Assembly (NCBI GenBank): GCA_036555615.1
Contig: DATBKZ010000048.1
Coordinates: 2,526 to 66,525, forward strand
Direction: 5' to 3'
Source: Burkholderiales bacterium
GTDB lineage: Bacteria; Pseudomonadota; Gammaproteobacteria; Burkholderiales; SG8-41
Length of the DNA stretch: 64,000 bases
Positions 8,279 to 17,609 of the stretch are shown piece after piece. Within the stretch, counting starts at the first letter, position 1; the number at the start of each line of letters is the position of its first letter. A program made the translations under genes and the position numbers. A model generated the notes under the pieces. The model was not told where the DNA came from, did no database searches, and worked only from the letters and a program-made list of their open reading frames with translations.

Positions 8279-9061
8279 ATGCCCCGCTTCTGCGCCAACC
8301 TGACGATGCTCTGGAACGAGCTCGACTTCATGGACCGCTTTGGCGCCGCGGCGAAGGCGGGATTCCGGGGGGTCGAATACCTCTTTCCCTATGAGCATGA
8401 CAAGGCACGCATCGCCGCCGAATTGAAGAAGCACGGGCTCGTCCAGGTCCTGCACAACCTGCCTGCGGGCAACTGGGCGAAGGGCGAGCGCGGCATCGGC
8501 TGCCACCCCGACCGCATGAAGGAATTCCAGGCCGGCGTCGCGACGGCGATCGAGTACGCGACGGCGCTCGGATGCGGGCAGTTGAACTGCCTTGCCGGGA
8601 TCCGCCCGCGCAACACCGACCCGAACGACGCGCGCGAGACGTTCATCAAGAACCTCCAGTATGCCGCGCCCCGCTTGAAGGACGCCGGGATCAGGCTCCT
8701 GATCGAGCCGATCAACACTCGCGACATCCCCGGCTTCTTCCTGTGCTACTCGAAGCAGGCGCTCGACATCATCACGGCGGTCGGCTCGGACAACCTGTTC
8801 CTGCAATTCGATCTCTATCACGCGCAGGTCATGGAAGGCGACCTGGCGCGCACGATCGAGACCAACCAGGATCGGATCCCGCACGTGCAAATCGCCGACA
8901 ACCCCGGGCGCAATGAACCCGGCACCGGCGAGATCAATTACCCCTTCCTGTTCGGTCAAATGGATCGTCTCGGCTACTCCGGCTGGGTTGGCTGCGAATA
9001 CAAGCCGAAGACGACGACCGAAGCGGGGCTCGGGTGGATCAAGCCCTACCTCAAGCACTGA
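8279..9061 (+). CDS. hyi: Hydroxypyruvate isomerase
   Basis: Near-colinear with my remembered E. coli Hyi sequence: NLPAGNWAKGERGIGC, LLIEPINTRDIPGFF, HVQIADNPGRNEPGTGEINY, GWVGCEYKPKTTTEAGLGW. Confidence 0.9.
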   Translation: MPRFCANLTMLWNELDFMDRFGAAAKAGFRGVEYLFPYEHDKARIAAELKKHGLVQVLHNLPAGNWAKGERGIGCHPDRMKEFQAGVATAIEYATALGCGQLNCLAGIRPRNTDPNDARETFIKNLQYAAPRLKDAGIRLLIEPINTRDIPGFFLCYSKQALDIITAVGSDNLFLQFDLYHAQVMEGDLARTIETNQDRIPHVQIADNPGRNEPGTGEINYPFLFGQMDRLGYSGWVGCEYKPKTTTEAGLGWIKPYLKH

Positions 9062-9155
9062 GCCACGGGCGTGCTTGACGAGGGGGGACCCCGGCGACAC
9101 AATCCGCGACACCGCCGCATTCCGTCACGCAACCCCATCGAGCACAGGAGGAGTC

Positions 9156-10088
9156 ATGAAACGCACATTTCTCGCCGCTCTTTCCGCCGCGCTGCTGGCG
9201 TCGCCCGCCTTCGCGCAGCAACTGAGGATGATGACCGGTCCACAGGGTGGCTCGTGGTATCCACTGGGGGGCGCGATCCAGGGGATCCTCGAGAAGAACA
9301 TACCGGGCGTGACGATGTCCGTTGCTCCCGGCGCGGGCATCTCGAACGTGCTGGGCGTGCAGACCGGCAAGGCCGACCTGGGCTTCGGCAACGCCAGCTC
9401 GACCTACGACGGGGTGCTCGGCCGCGATCCCTTCAAGCAGAAGACCGCCAACGTCTGCCATGTCGCGACGCTCTACTTCCAGTACTTTCATGCGGTCGCG
9501 CTGGCTGATGCGGGCGTGAAGAACCTCGGTGAAGCCAAAGGCAAGGCACTCACCACCCAGCAGAAGGGGAACACCGGCGAGCAGATGACGCGTGATGCGC
9601 TGAAGGTGTATGGCCTCGACTACGGCAAGATGTCGAAGGTGAACTTCGGTTCCTACACCGACTCGGTGTCCCAGCTGAAGGACGGGCACGCCCAGATCTT
9701 CACCCTCATCACGACCGTCCCGGCTTCCGCGATCATGGATCTCGCCTCCGCGCGCGACGTCCGCGTGCTCGAGATCCCCGACGACAAGTTCAGGGCCGCG
9801 CAGGCGCTCAACCGCGGCTACGACCGGCGCATCATCAAGGCGGGCAGCTATCCGAAGCAGGACCGGGACGTGCAGACCATCGGCACCTGGACCCACCTCA
9901 TCGCAAGCTGCAAGCTGCCGGAAGCCCTCGTCTACAACATCACCAAGGCGCTCGCGAGCAACGTCGAGACCCTCGGCAACGTCGTGGCGGCGGTGAAAGG
10001 CCTGTCCGTCAAGGACATGGCGACCGACGTGGGCGTACCGTTGCACCCCGGGGCCAGGAAGTTCTACCAGGAGGCAAAGGCGCTCTAG
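9156..10088 (+). CDS. TAXI-family TRAP transporter solute receptor
   Basis: ATG at 9156 follows AGGAGGAG. Signal peptide MKRTFLAALSAALLASPAFAQQ. GGSWYPLGGAI motif. The track ORF start at 8913 overlaps hyi and is an over-extension. Confidence 0.85.
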   Translation: MKRTFLAALSAALLASPAFAQQLRMMTGPQGGSWYPLGGAIQGILEKNIPGVTMSVAPGAGISNVLGVQTGKADLGFGNASSTYDGVLGRDPFKQKTANVCHVATLYFQYFHAVALADAGVKNLGEAKGKALTTQQKGNTGEQMTRDALKVYGLDYGKMSKVNFGSYTDSVSQLKDGHAQIFTLITTVPASAIMDLASARDVRVLEIPDDKFRAAQALNRGYDRRIIKAGSYPKQDRDVQTIGTWTHLIASCKLPEALVYNITKALASNVETLGNVVAAVKGLSVKDMATDVGVPLHPGARKFYQEAKAL

Positions 10089-10103
10089 CGCCTGGCGAAA
10101 TGA

Positions 10104-10136
10104 CAGCGGCGCGAGCCCTCGCGCCGCTGTTTTTTT
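10104..10136 (+). terminator. Strong intrinsic terminator/attenuator after the TRAP receptor gene
   Basis: 11-bp perfect stem: CAGCGGCGCGA (10104-10114) with TCGCGCCGCTG (10119-10129), loop GCCC, then T7 (10130-10136). Confidence 0.85.
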
Positions 10137-10158
10137 GTCCGACTGCGGAAAGTAGCGG

Positions 10159-12075
10159 ATGAGCGCTGAACGCGTCATCAAGATCAGCATCGCGCTGATT
10201 GCGGTCGGCATGTCGGTCTACCACCTGACGGTCGCCTTCATCGGCGCACCTCAGCAGCTCTTCTTCCGCAGCACCCATCTGCTATTCGCCATGGCGCTCG
10301 TGTTCCTGATCTATCCCAGCTTCCGGGGGCAGGCAAAGGCAGAAGGAGCCGTGCGCGACGACGCCGGCGGCACGCTCGGCGCGACGCCTTCGGCACGGGC
10401 CTCGTGGCTTGACCTCGCACTCATCGCGGCGACCGCCGTGACCATCGTCTATGTCTGGTGGAACCACGAGCACCTTATCACTCGCTTTGTGTTCGTCGAG
10501 GACCCCGCCGATATCGAGCTGATCCTCGGATTCGTCTTCACGGCGCTGGTACTGGAGGCGACACGCCGCGTGATCGGCTGGGCGTTGCCGGCGACAGCAT
10601 TGCTTTTCCTCGCCTACGCGCTTTTCTACGCCAATACCCGCCCGCAGCAGCTGATCGAGATCATGTACCTCACCACCGAAGGCATCTTCGGCCCGACGCT
10701 CGGAGTGTCCGCGGCGTACGTGATCCTGTTCGTGCTGTTTGGCGCCTTCATGGAGCGCACGGGGGTCGGCAGGCTGTTCATGGATTTTGCCCTGTCGCTA
10801 ACCGGCCACACGGCAGGCGGCCCCGGCAAGGTGGCAGTGGTGAGTTCCAGCCTGTTTGGTACCGTCTCGGGCAGCGCGGTCGCCAACGTGCTGGTAGACG
10901 GCCCGATCACCATTCCGCTCATGAAGCGCAGCGGCTTCCGGCCGGCGTTCGCCGCTGCGGTCGAGTCGGTCGCGTCCACGGGCGGGCAGATCATGCCCCC
11001 GATCATGGGCGCGGCGGCCTTCGTGATGGCCGAATTCCTCGCGGTGAGCTATCTGCAGGTGACGCTGTGGGCCCTGATCCCCGCCGTTCTTTACTACGTC
11101 GCCGTGTTCTTCGCCGTGCACTTCGAGTCGAAGCGCGTCGGACTGCTCGGGCTGCCGCGCGCGGAATGCCCCCAACTCGGCGTGGTCCTGCGCGAGCGTG
11201 GCCATTTGTTCATTCCGATCCTGGTGATCCTGATCGGGCTCTTCGCCGGCTACAGTGCCCCGCTTTGCGCGCTGGCCGGAACGCTTTCCTGCGTCCCGGT
11301 CGCGCTGCTGCGCAAGGGCACCCGCCAGGGCATCACGTGGCGCACGGTGTGGGGCGCGCTCGAGGATGGCGCGAAGAACTCGATCGCCGTGGCGCTCGCC
11401 TGCGCCTGCGCGGGAATCATTATCGGAGTCATCACGCAGACCGGCGCGGCCATCAATTTCACGAGCCTGGTGGTGGGGCTCGCGCGAGACCTGCTGCCGC
11501 TCGCGCTCGTGCTCACGATGCTCGCCGGCATCGTGCTCGGCATGGGCATGCCGACGACGCCCGCCTACATCGTCATGGTGTCGCTCCTGGTACCGGCATT
11601 GATCAAGCTTGGCGCGATTCCTCCCGCGGCGCACATGTTCGCGTTTTACTTCGCGATCCTCTCCGCGATCACGCCCCCGGTCGCGCTCGCCGTCTACGCG
11701 GCCGCCGGTCTCGCGAAGGCCAACCTGTGGCAGGCGGGCTGGACCGCCGTGCGGGTAGGCGCCGCTGGATTCATCGTGCCGTTCATGTTCGTATTCGAGC
11801 CCTCGCTCCTCATGATCGGCGGGTGGCAGGTGATCCTGCACTCGTTCGTCTCAGCCACCATCGGCACGATCTGTCTGGCGGCGGGACTCTTTGGATACCT
11901 GTTTCGCGAAGCGCGCCTCTGGGAGCGCGTCTCCCTGGTGGCTGCCGCGGTGCTGCTAATCAAGCCGGGACTGATCACGGACGCAATCGGGATCGGACTC
12001 ATCGTGGTCGTCGTGACGAGCCAGCTCGCCTTCCGCGGCGCAAAGCCGATTGCCGGCGACCGCGCCGTGGAATAG
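10159..12075 (+). CDS. TRAP transporter fused permease (4TM/12TM, TAXI-type)
   Basis: 638-aa polytopic membrane protein directly downstream of the TAXI receptor. Confidence 0.85.
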   Translation: MSAERVIKISIALIAVGMSVYHLTVAFIGAPQQLFFRSTHLLFAMALVFLIYPSFRGQAKAEGAVRDDAGGTLGATPSARASWLDLALIAATAVTIVYVWWNHEHLITRFVFVEDPADIELILGFVFTALVLEATRRVIGWALPATALLFLAYALFYANTRPQQLIEIMYLTTEGIFGPTLGVSAAYVILFVLFGAFMERTGVGRLFMDFALSLTGHTAGGPGKVAVVSSSLFGTVSGSAVANVLVDGPITIPLMKRSGFRPAFAAAVESVASTGGQIMPPIMGAAAFVMAEFLAVSYLQVTLWALIPAVLYYVAVFFAVHFESKRVGLLGLPRAECPQLGVVLRERGHLFIPILVILIGLFAGYSAPLCALAGTLSCVPVALLRKGTRQGITWRTVWGALEDGAKNSIAVALACACAGIIIGVITQTGAAINFTSLVVGLARDLLPLALVLTMLAGIVLGMGMPTTPAYIVMVSLLVPALIKLGAIPPAAHMFAFYFAILSAITPPVALAVYAAAGLAKANLWQAGWTAVRVGAAGFIVPFMFVFEPSLLMIGGWQVILHSFVSATIGTICLAAGLFGYLFREARLWERVSLVAAAVLLIKPGLITDAIGIGLIVVVVTSQLAFRGAKPIAGDRAVE

Positions 12076-12087
12076 AGGAGGACAACT

Positions 12088-12975
12088 ATGAGCAACATCG
12101 GATTCATCGGACTCGGCATCATGGGCAAGCCCATGGCCGGCAATCTCATCAAGGGCGGGCACACGCTCTTTCTTCATTCGCGCAGCGGCGTGCCGCAGGA
12201 GCTGACGGCGGCTGGCGGCAAGGCCTGCGCCAGCGCAAAGGAGGTGGCGCAGAAGGCCGACATCGTTATCACCATGGTGCCGGACACGCCCGATGTCGAG
12301 AAGGCGCTCTTCGGGCCGAACGGCGTCGCCGAGGGTCTATCCCGGGGCAAGACCGTCGTGGACATGAGCTCGATCTCGCCGATCGAAACCAAGAATTTCG
12401 CCAAGCGCATCAACGAGCTCGGCTGCGAATACCTCGACGCCCCGGTGTCCGGCGGTGAAGTCGGCGCGAAGAACGCCGCGCTCACCATCATGGTGGGCGG
12501 CAGCCAGGCGACCTTCGACAAGGTGAAGCCGCTGTTCGATCTGATGGGCAAGAACATCACTCTGGTGGGTGGCAACGGCGACGGCCAGACCTGCAAGGTG
12601 TGCAATCAGATCATCGTCGCCCTCAACATCGAGGCGGTGAGCGAGGCGCTGGTGTTCGCGTCGAAAGCCGGCGCCGATCCAGCACGGGTGCGCCAGGCTC
12701 TGATGGGCGGCTTCGCAGCATCGCGTATTCTTGAAGTGCACGGCGAGCGCATGATCAAGCGCACCTTCGATCCCGGATTCCGGATCGAGCTGCACCAGAA
12801 GGATCTGGGCCTTGCGCTTTCCGGCGCCCGGGCCATGGGCGTCAGCCTGCCGAACACCTCCACCGCGCAGCAGCTCTTCAACGCCTGCGTGGCGGCTGGC
12901 GGCGCGAAATGGGATCACTCCGCGATGGTGCGCGCGCTCGAGAAGATGGCCAATCACGACGTTGCGAAGCTGTGA
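12088..12975 (+). CDS. glxR: 2-hydroxy-3-oxopropionate (tartronate semialdehyde) reductase
   Basis: IGFIGLGIMGKPMAGNL Rossmann motif, DAPVSGGEVGA, and GFRIELHQKDL matching remembered GarR/GlxR. Same neighbourhood as hyi. Confidence 0.85.
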   Translation: MSNIGFIGLGIMGKPMAGNLIKGGHTLFLHSRSGVPQELTAAGGKACASAKEVAQKADIVITMVPDTPDVEKALFGPNGVAEGLSRGKTVVDMSSISPIETKNFAKRINELGCEYLDAPVSGGEVGAKNAALTIMVGGSQATFDKVKPLFDLMGKNITLVGGNGDGQTCKVCNQIIVALNIEAVSEALVFASKAGADPARVRQALMGGFAASRILEVHGERMIKRTFDPGFRIELHQKDLGLALSGARAMGVSLPNTSTAQQLFNACVAAGGAKWDHSAMVRALEKMANHDVAKL

Positions 12976-13016
12976 TTGACGCCAGCACCGGCCCCGCCTG
13001 GCACTAAATTCCCGCC

Positions 13017-13358
13017 GTGCTGCCCGAGTTTGAGCGGCGCCTCGTCGAGCGGCTGCTCGACCGCTTCTACGACCGGCGGCTCCTCGCCCACGTCGAGCAT
13101 CAGAGCCGGCTCGGCCACGCCATCCGCGGAAACTCCATCACGCTGTTCGAGCTGCGGCCGGACTTCGACGATCCGGCGACCTGGGCAAGATCGCCGATTG
13201 CGCAATTCCGGTTCAGTCCCGCCAAGAGCTTATGGTCGCTTTACTGGCACGATCGGAACCAGCGCTGGAGGCTGTACGGCGACATGGCGGCCACCCGGAA
13301 CTTCGAATCACTGCTCTCCGAGGTCGACCGCGATCCCACATCCATTTTTTGGGGGTGA
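13017..13358 (+). CDS. DUF3024-like small protein
   Basis: 113 aa, GTG start. The WSLYWHDRNQRWRLY pattern recalls DUF3024. Family call is from memory. Confidence 0.55.
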   Translation: MLPEFERRLVERLLDRFYDRRLLAHVEHQSRLGHAIRGNSITLFELRPDFDDPATWARSPIAQFRFSPAKSLWSLYWHDRNQRWRLYGDMAATRNFESLLSEVDRDPTSIFWG

Positions 13359-13423
13359 GAGCCCGCATGAAGCGCGTGCGCCGCTCGCAACGCGCCATTG
13401 CCCGCGCGCAGCCGGAATCGCTG

Positions 13424-13690
13424 TCACCGCCGGCTGGATTTCCGCACCGCCGGGTTGAGCTTGTCGATATCCGCCTTGACCTGCTCGCGGCCCCGCTCGT
13501 AGACGATCTCCCGCCCCATCACCGATCCGGCGTAAGCGAGGCCATTCCGAGTCGGCGTCAGCGTGCATTTGACATTATGGATGCCTTCCCCGATCACGAC
13601 TTCGATGTGCTCGGGCCGCTTGTTCAGCACCACGACGTCGATGGTCTGCCCGGTTTCGGTTATCCGTACCTTGATCTTCTCGATGCTCAT
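13424..13690 (-). CDS. Hypothetical small protein (88 aa)
   Basis: ATG at 13690 (MSIEKIKVRITETGQTIDVVVL...). The upstream 101 codons of the track ORF overlap glcD antisense and look spurious. No recognised domain. Confidence 0.45.
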   Translation of the reverse strand: MSIEKIKVRITETGQTIDVVVLNKRPEHIEVVIGEGIHNVKCTLTPTRNGLAYAGSVMGREIVYERGREQVKADIDKLNPAVRKSSRR

Positions 13691-13699
13691 AAGAAACAG

Positions 13700-13770
13700 G
13701 AGGTCGGGACCCGCATTGACATATGATAATCTAAGAACTAACCCCTTCGTGACCCCGTTCGTTAGAATCC
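13700..13770. promoter_or_regulatory. AT-rich divergent promoter region (small ORF / glcD)
   Basis: TTGACA at 13716-13721 lies within the imperfect palindrome TTGACATATGATAA. TAGAAT at 13763-13768 is 7 nt before the glcD ATG. Local GC is clearly below the surroundings. Confidence 0.3.
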
Positions 13771-13774
13771 GCGC

Positions 13775-15265
13775 ATGACCGCGGTCGCCAATCGAGTCAC
13801 CGTTGACCTCACCCGCCAGCGCGAGGTGGTCGCCGCGTTGGGAGCCGTTCTGCCGCAATCCTCCATCCTGTTCGATCATGAGGACGTCAAGCCCTACGAG
13901 TGCGACGGGCTGACCGCCTATCGCCAGGTGCCGATGGTGGTGGCGCTGCCCGAAACCGAGGAGCAGGTTTGTCGCATTCTCAAGACCTGCCACGCCCTCA
14001 AGGTGCCGGTGGTCGCGCGCGGTGCGGGTACAGGGCTCTCGGGTGGGGCGCTCCCTCTTGGAAACGGGGTGTTGCTTTCACTCGCGAAATTCGCGCGCAT
14101 CGTCGACGTTGACGAGCGGGCGCGCACCGCACGCGTGCAACCCGGCGTGCGCAACCTTGCGATCTCGGACGCGGTCGCGCCGCTGGGTCTTTACTACGCG
14201 CCGGACCCCTCGAGCCAGCTCGCATGCAGCATCGGCGGCAACGTCGCGGAGAATTCCGGCGGCGTCCACTGTCTCAAGTACGGGCTCACCGGGCACAACA
14301 TATTGAAGCTCCGTGTCGCCACCATCGAGGGCGACGTCGTCGAGATCGGGAGCGAGGCGCTCGATGCCGCAGGCTTCGATCTTCTGGCGCTGCTGACCGG
14401 CTCCGAGGGCCTGCTCGCGGTGGTCCTGGAGGTGACGGTCCGGCTGCTGGCGAAGCCGGAATACGCACAGGTCGTGATGGCGGCATTCGACGACGTCGAG
14501 AAGGCCGGCCAGGCGGTGGCGAAGGTCATTGCCGCCGGCATCATCCCCGCGGGTTTCGAGATGATGGACCAGGCTGCCACCCGCGCGGTGGAGGGCTTCG
14601 CGCGCGCCGGCTACCGCACGGACGTCGCCGCTGTGCTGCTGTGCGAGACCGACGGCACGCGCGAGGAGGTGGACGACGAGATCCGGCGCGTCCGGGATCT
14701 GATGGAAGCGAGCGGCGCGGTGCAAACGGAAGCCTCGCGCGACGAGGCGCAGCGCCTGCGGTTCTGGGCCGGGCGCAAGGCGGCGTTTCCCGCGGCCGGG
14801 GCCATCTCGCCGGATTATTACTGCATGGACGGAACCATCCCCCGCCGGCGCCTGGGCGAGGTGCTGCGCAAGATCACGCAGCTCGAATCCAAGTACGGGC
14901 TGCGCTGCGCCAACGTGTTCCACGCCGGCGACGGGAACCTGCACCCCCTCATCCTCTACGACGCGAACCAGCCGGGCGAGCTCGAGCGCACGGAAGCTTT
15001 CGGCGCGGAAATTCTCGAGCTGTGCCTCGAAGTGGGCGGCACGATTACCGGGGAGCACGGCGTGGGCGTGGAAAAGATCAACTCGATGTGCGTGCAGTTC
15101 AAGCCCGCCGAGCTCGAGACCTTCCACCGCATCAAGCACGCCTTCGACCCGGACGGCCTCCTCAATCCGGGCAAGGCCGTGCCCACGCTGCACCGCTGTG
15201 CCGAGTACGGCCGGATGCACGTGCATCGGGGGCGGGAGAAGTTCCCCGACTTGCCGCGCTTCTGA
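13775..15265 (+). CDS. glcD: Glycolate oxidase subunit GlcD (FAD-linked oxidase)
   Basis: FAD-binding PCMH-type N-terminal half (VVARGAGTGLSGGALP). 496 aa. Followed by glcE and glcF. Confidence 0.9.
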   Translation: MTAVANRVTVDLTRQREVVAALGAVLPQSSILFDHEDVKPYECDGLTAYRQVPMVVALPETEEQVCRILKTCHALKVPVVARGAGTGLSGGALPLGNGVLLSLAKFARIVDVDERARTARVQPGVRNLAISDAVAPLGLYYAPDPSSQLACSIGGNVAENSGGVHCLKYGLTGHNILKLRVATIEGDVVEIGSEALDAAGFDLLALLTGSEGLLAVVLEVTVRLLAKPEYAQVVMAAFDDVEKAGQAVAKVIAAGIIPAGFEMMDQAATRAVEGFARAGYRTDVAAVLLCETDGTREEVDDEIRRVRDLMEASGAVQTEASRDEAQRLRFWAGRKAAFPAAGAISPDYYCMDGTIPRRRLGEVLRKITQLESKYGLRCANVFHAGDGNLHPLILYDANQPGELERTEAFGAEILELCLEVGGTITGEHGVGVEKINSMCVQFKPAELETFHRIKHAFDPDGLLNPGKAVPTLHRCAEYGRMHVHRGREKFPDLPRF

Positions 15266-15269
15266 ACCC

Positions 15270-16334
15270 GTGCAGGAAATCGCAGAAAACCTGTCGCGGC
15301 TGATTCGCGAAGCGGCGAAGCAGACGCGTCCGTTGTGCATACGAGGCGGGGGCACGAAAGACTTCTACGGCGGCTCAATCCACGGCTACAAGCTCAACAT
15401 TGGGGACTATCGCGGGATCGTCGCCTACGAGCCGACCGAGCTGGTGATCAGCGCGCGCGCCGGCACTCCCCTCTCCGAAGTCGAAGGCGCGCTGCGGCAA
15501 AAGAATCAGATGCTCGCGTTTGAGCCGCCGCACTTTGGCGAGGGTTCAACGCTGGGCGGCTGTGTCGCGGCGGGTCTCTCCGGCCCGCGCCGCCCCTACG
15601 CCGGGGCGGTGCGCGATTTCGTGCTGGGTGTGCGCATCCTGGACGGCAAGGGCGATGACCTCACGTTCGGCGGCCAGGTCATGAAGAACGTCGCCGGCTA
15701 CGACGTTTCGCGTCTCATGGCGGGCTCTCTCGGCACGCTCGGCGTGCTGCTCGAGGTATCGCTCAAGGTCCTGCCCCTTCCGGCATATGAGGCCACGTTG
15801 CTTCTCAAACGCCGGGAGGCGGAAGCCCTATCGCTCATGAACGAATGGGCGGCCCGTCCCTTGCCGGTCACGGCGACCGGGTATCGCGACGGCGATCTCC
15901 GCGTACGGCTGTCCGGCGCGCAAGTTGCGGTGGAGGCTGCAATGAAGAAAATCGGGGGCCAAGCAGCGCCCCCCTCGGTAGCGGAGCGCTACTGGGCAGG
16001 CATCCGCGAGCAGACGGATCCCTTTTTTGCGGGCGAGGAGCCGCTGTGGCGCCTGTCGGTCAAGTCGACGACGCCACCGCTCGATCTTCCCGGCGCGCAG
16101 TTAATCGAGTGGGGCGGCGCGTTGCGCTGGTTGCGATCGCGCGCCGGGACGGCAACGATACGCGACGCTGCGGCGCGTGCCGGCGGGCACGCCACCCTGT
16201 TCCGGGGCGGCGACAGATCGCAGGGCGTGTTCCATCCGCTTCCGCCGGTCCTGATGAAGCTGCATCACAACCTGAAGCAGGCCTTCGATCCAGCCGGTGT
16301 CCTGAATCCCGGACGGCTGTATCCCGATCTTTGA
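15270..16334 (+). CDS. glcE: Glycolate oxidase FAD-binding subunit GlcE
   Basis: GTG at 15270, 4 nt after the glcD stop. RGGGTKDFYGG motif. The track start at 15198 overlaps glcD. Confidence 0.85.
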   Translation: MQEIAENLSRLIREAAKQTRPLCIRGGGTKDFYGGSIHGYKLNIGDYRGIVAYEPTELVISARAGTPLSEVEGALRQKNQMLAFEPPHFGEGSTLGGCVAAGLSGPRRPYAGAVRDFVLGVRILDGKGDDLTFGGQVMKNVAGYDVSRLMAGSLGTLGVLLEVSLKVLPLPAYEATLLLKRREAEALSLMNEWAARPLPVTATGYRDGDLRVRLSGAQVAVEAAMKKIGGQAAPPSVAERYWAGIREQTDPFFAGEEPLWRLSVKSTTPPLDLPGAQLIEWGGALRWLRSRAGTATIRDAAARAGGHATLFRGGDRSQGVFHPLPPVLMKLHHNLKQAFDPAGVLNPGRLYPDL

Positions 16335-16346
16335 CCAGCGCTAACC

Positions 16347-17609
16347 GTGCAGACGAGCCTCGCACCATTCATCAGGGACACGCCGGAAGGACGGGAGGCC
16401 GACTCGATCCTGCGCAAGTGCACGCATTGCGGAATGTGCACGGCCACCTGCCCGACCTATCAGCTCCTCAACGACGAGCTCGACAGCCCGCGCGGGCGCA
16501 TCTACCTTATCAAGCAGGTGCTCGAGGGCGCAACGCCTACGGCAAGGACGCAATTGCACCTCGACCGCTGTCTCACCTGCCGCGCGTGCGAGACCACCTG
16601 CCCGACCGGCGTGCGCTACGGGCGGCTCGTGGACATCGGCCGGCACCTCGTAGAGGAGCGCGTCGCGCGCGGTCCGCTCGCATCCGCATGGCGTGGCGCG
16701 CTCGATACCGTGATCTCCAGCGCGTCCCTGTTCGGGCCGATGCTCAAGATCGGGCAGCTGGCGCGCCCGCTCTTGCCTTCCGCGCTTAAGCGCAAAGTGC
16801 CGCCAGCGGCCGCGCCGGCCGGCGCGTGGCCCGCGACGGTGCACGCGCGCAGGATGCTCGTGCTCGAGGGTTGCGTGCAGCCGAGCCTCTCGCCCGCGAC
16901 CAACGCCGCGGCGGCACGTGTGCTCGACCGGCTCGGCATATCGCTCGTGCGCGCCGCCGGCGCCGGATGTTGCGGCGGCGTGTCATTTCACCTCAACAAG
17001 CAGGAAAAAGCGCTCGACGTCATGCGCCGAACGATCGACGCGTGGTGGCCGAATATCGAGCAGGGCGTGGAGGCGATCGTGATTGCCGCCAGCGGCTGCG
17101 GCGTGACGGTGAAGGAATACGGGCACTACCTGGCGCAGGACCCCGCCTACGCTGCCAAGGCCAAGCGCGTCTCCGAGCTCGCGAGAGACATCAGCGAGGT
17201 AATCATCGCCGGGAAGGACAAGCTGCGCTCCCTCATCCCCCAGCCCTCATCCCTCAGCCCTCGTCAGCGAATAGCCTTCCACAGTCCTTGCACCCTGCAG
17301 CACGGCATGAAATTGCGGGGCAACGTGGAGAACCTGTTGCGCGACTTGGGCTATTCGCTGACGGATGTGCCGGACGCCCACCTGTGCTGCGGCTCAGCCG
17401 GCACCTATTCGATCCTCCAGCCGGAGCTGTCGCAACGCCTGCTCGCAAACAAAATTGCGTCCCTGGAAAGCGGCGCGCCTGTGGCCATCCTCACCGCCAA
17501 CATCGGCTGCCAAGTGCATCTCCAAGCGGCGACCGCGCTGCCGGTCAGGCACTGGATCGAGGCGTTGGAGCACACCCTGGACCGGGCCAGTTCTGGTACT
17601 TTACGCTAA
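16347..17609 (+). CDS. glcF: Glycolate oxidase iron-sulfur subunit GlcF
   Basis: Two ferredoxin-type motifs (CTHCGMCTATCP, CLTCRACETTCP) and two CCG cysteine-rich motifs (GCCGG, HLCCGSAG). Confidence 0.9.
   Translation: MQTSLAPFIRDTPEGREADSILRKCTHCGMCTATCPTYQLLNDELDSPRGRIYLIKQVLEGATPTARTQLHLDRCLTCRACETTCPTGVRYGRLVDIGRHLVEERVARGPLASAWRGALDTVISSASLFGPMLKIGQLARPLLPSALKRKVPPAAAPAGAWPATVHARRMLVLEGCVQPSLSPATNAAAARVLDRLGISLVRAAGAGCCGGVSFHLNKQEKALDVMRRTIDAWWPNIEQGVEAIVIAASGCGVTVKEYGHYLAQDPAYAAKAKRVSELARDISEVIIAGKDKLRSLIPQPSSLSPRQRIAFHSPCTLQHGMKLRGNVENLLRDLGYSLTDVPDAHLCCGSAGTYSILQPELSQRLLANKIASLESGAPVAILTANIGCQVHLQAATALPVRHWIEALEHTLDRASSGTLR
17230..17264. repeat. Degenerate heptamer array (CCCTCAT CCCCCAG CCCTCAT CCCTCAG CCCTCGT) inside the glcF coding sequence
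   Basis: Five 7-nt units related to the perfect array at 3413-3461. Translated in frame as SLIPQPSSLSPR, between the two CCG motifs of GlcF. Confidence 0.8.

Noticed and set aside
8279-12975. Reading hyi/glxR as OtnI/LtnD of the four-carbon acid-sugar (threonate/erythronate) pathway
   Set aside because: The diagnostic OtnK (DUF1537 kinase) and OtnC (class II aldolase-like decarboxylase) genes are absent. The Hyi-like protein is nearly colinear with remembered E. coli Hyi.
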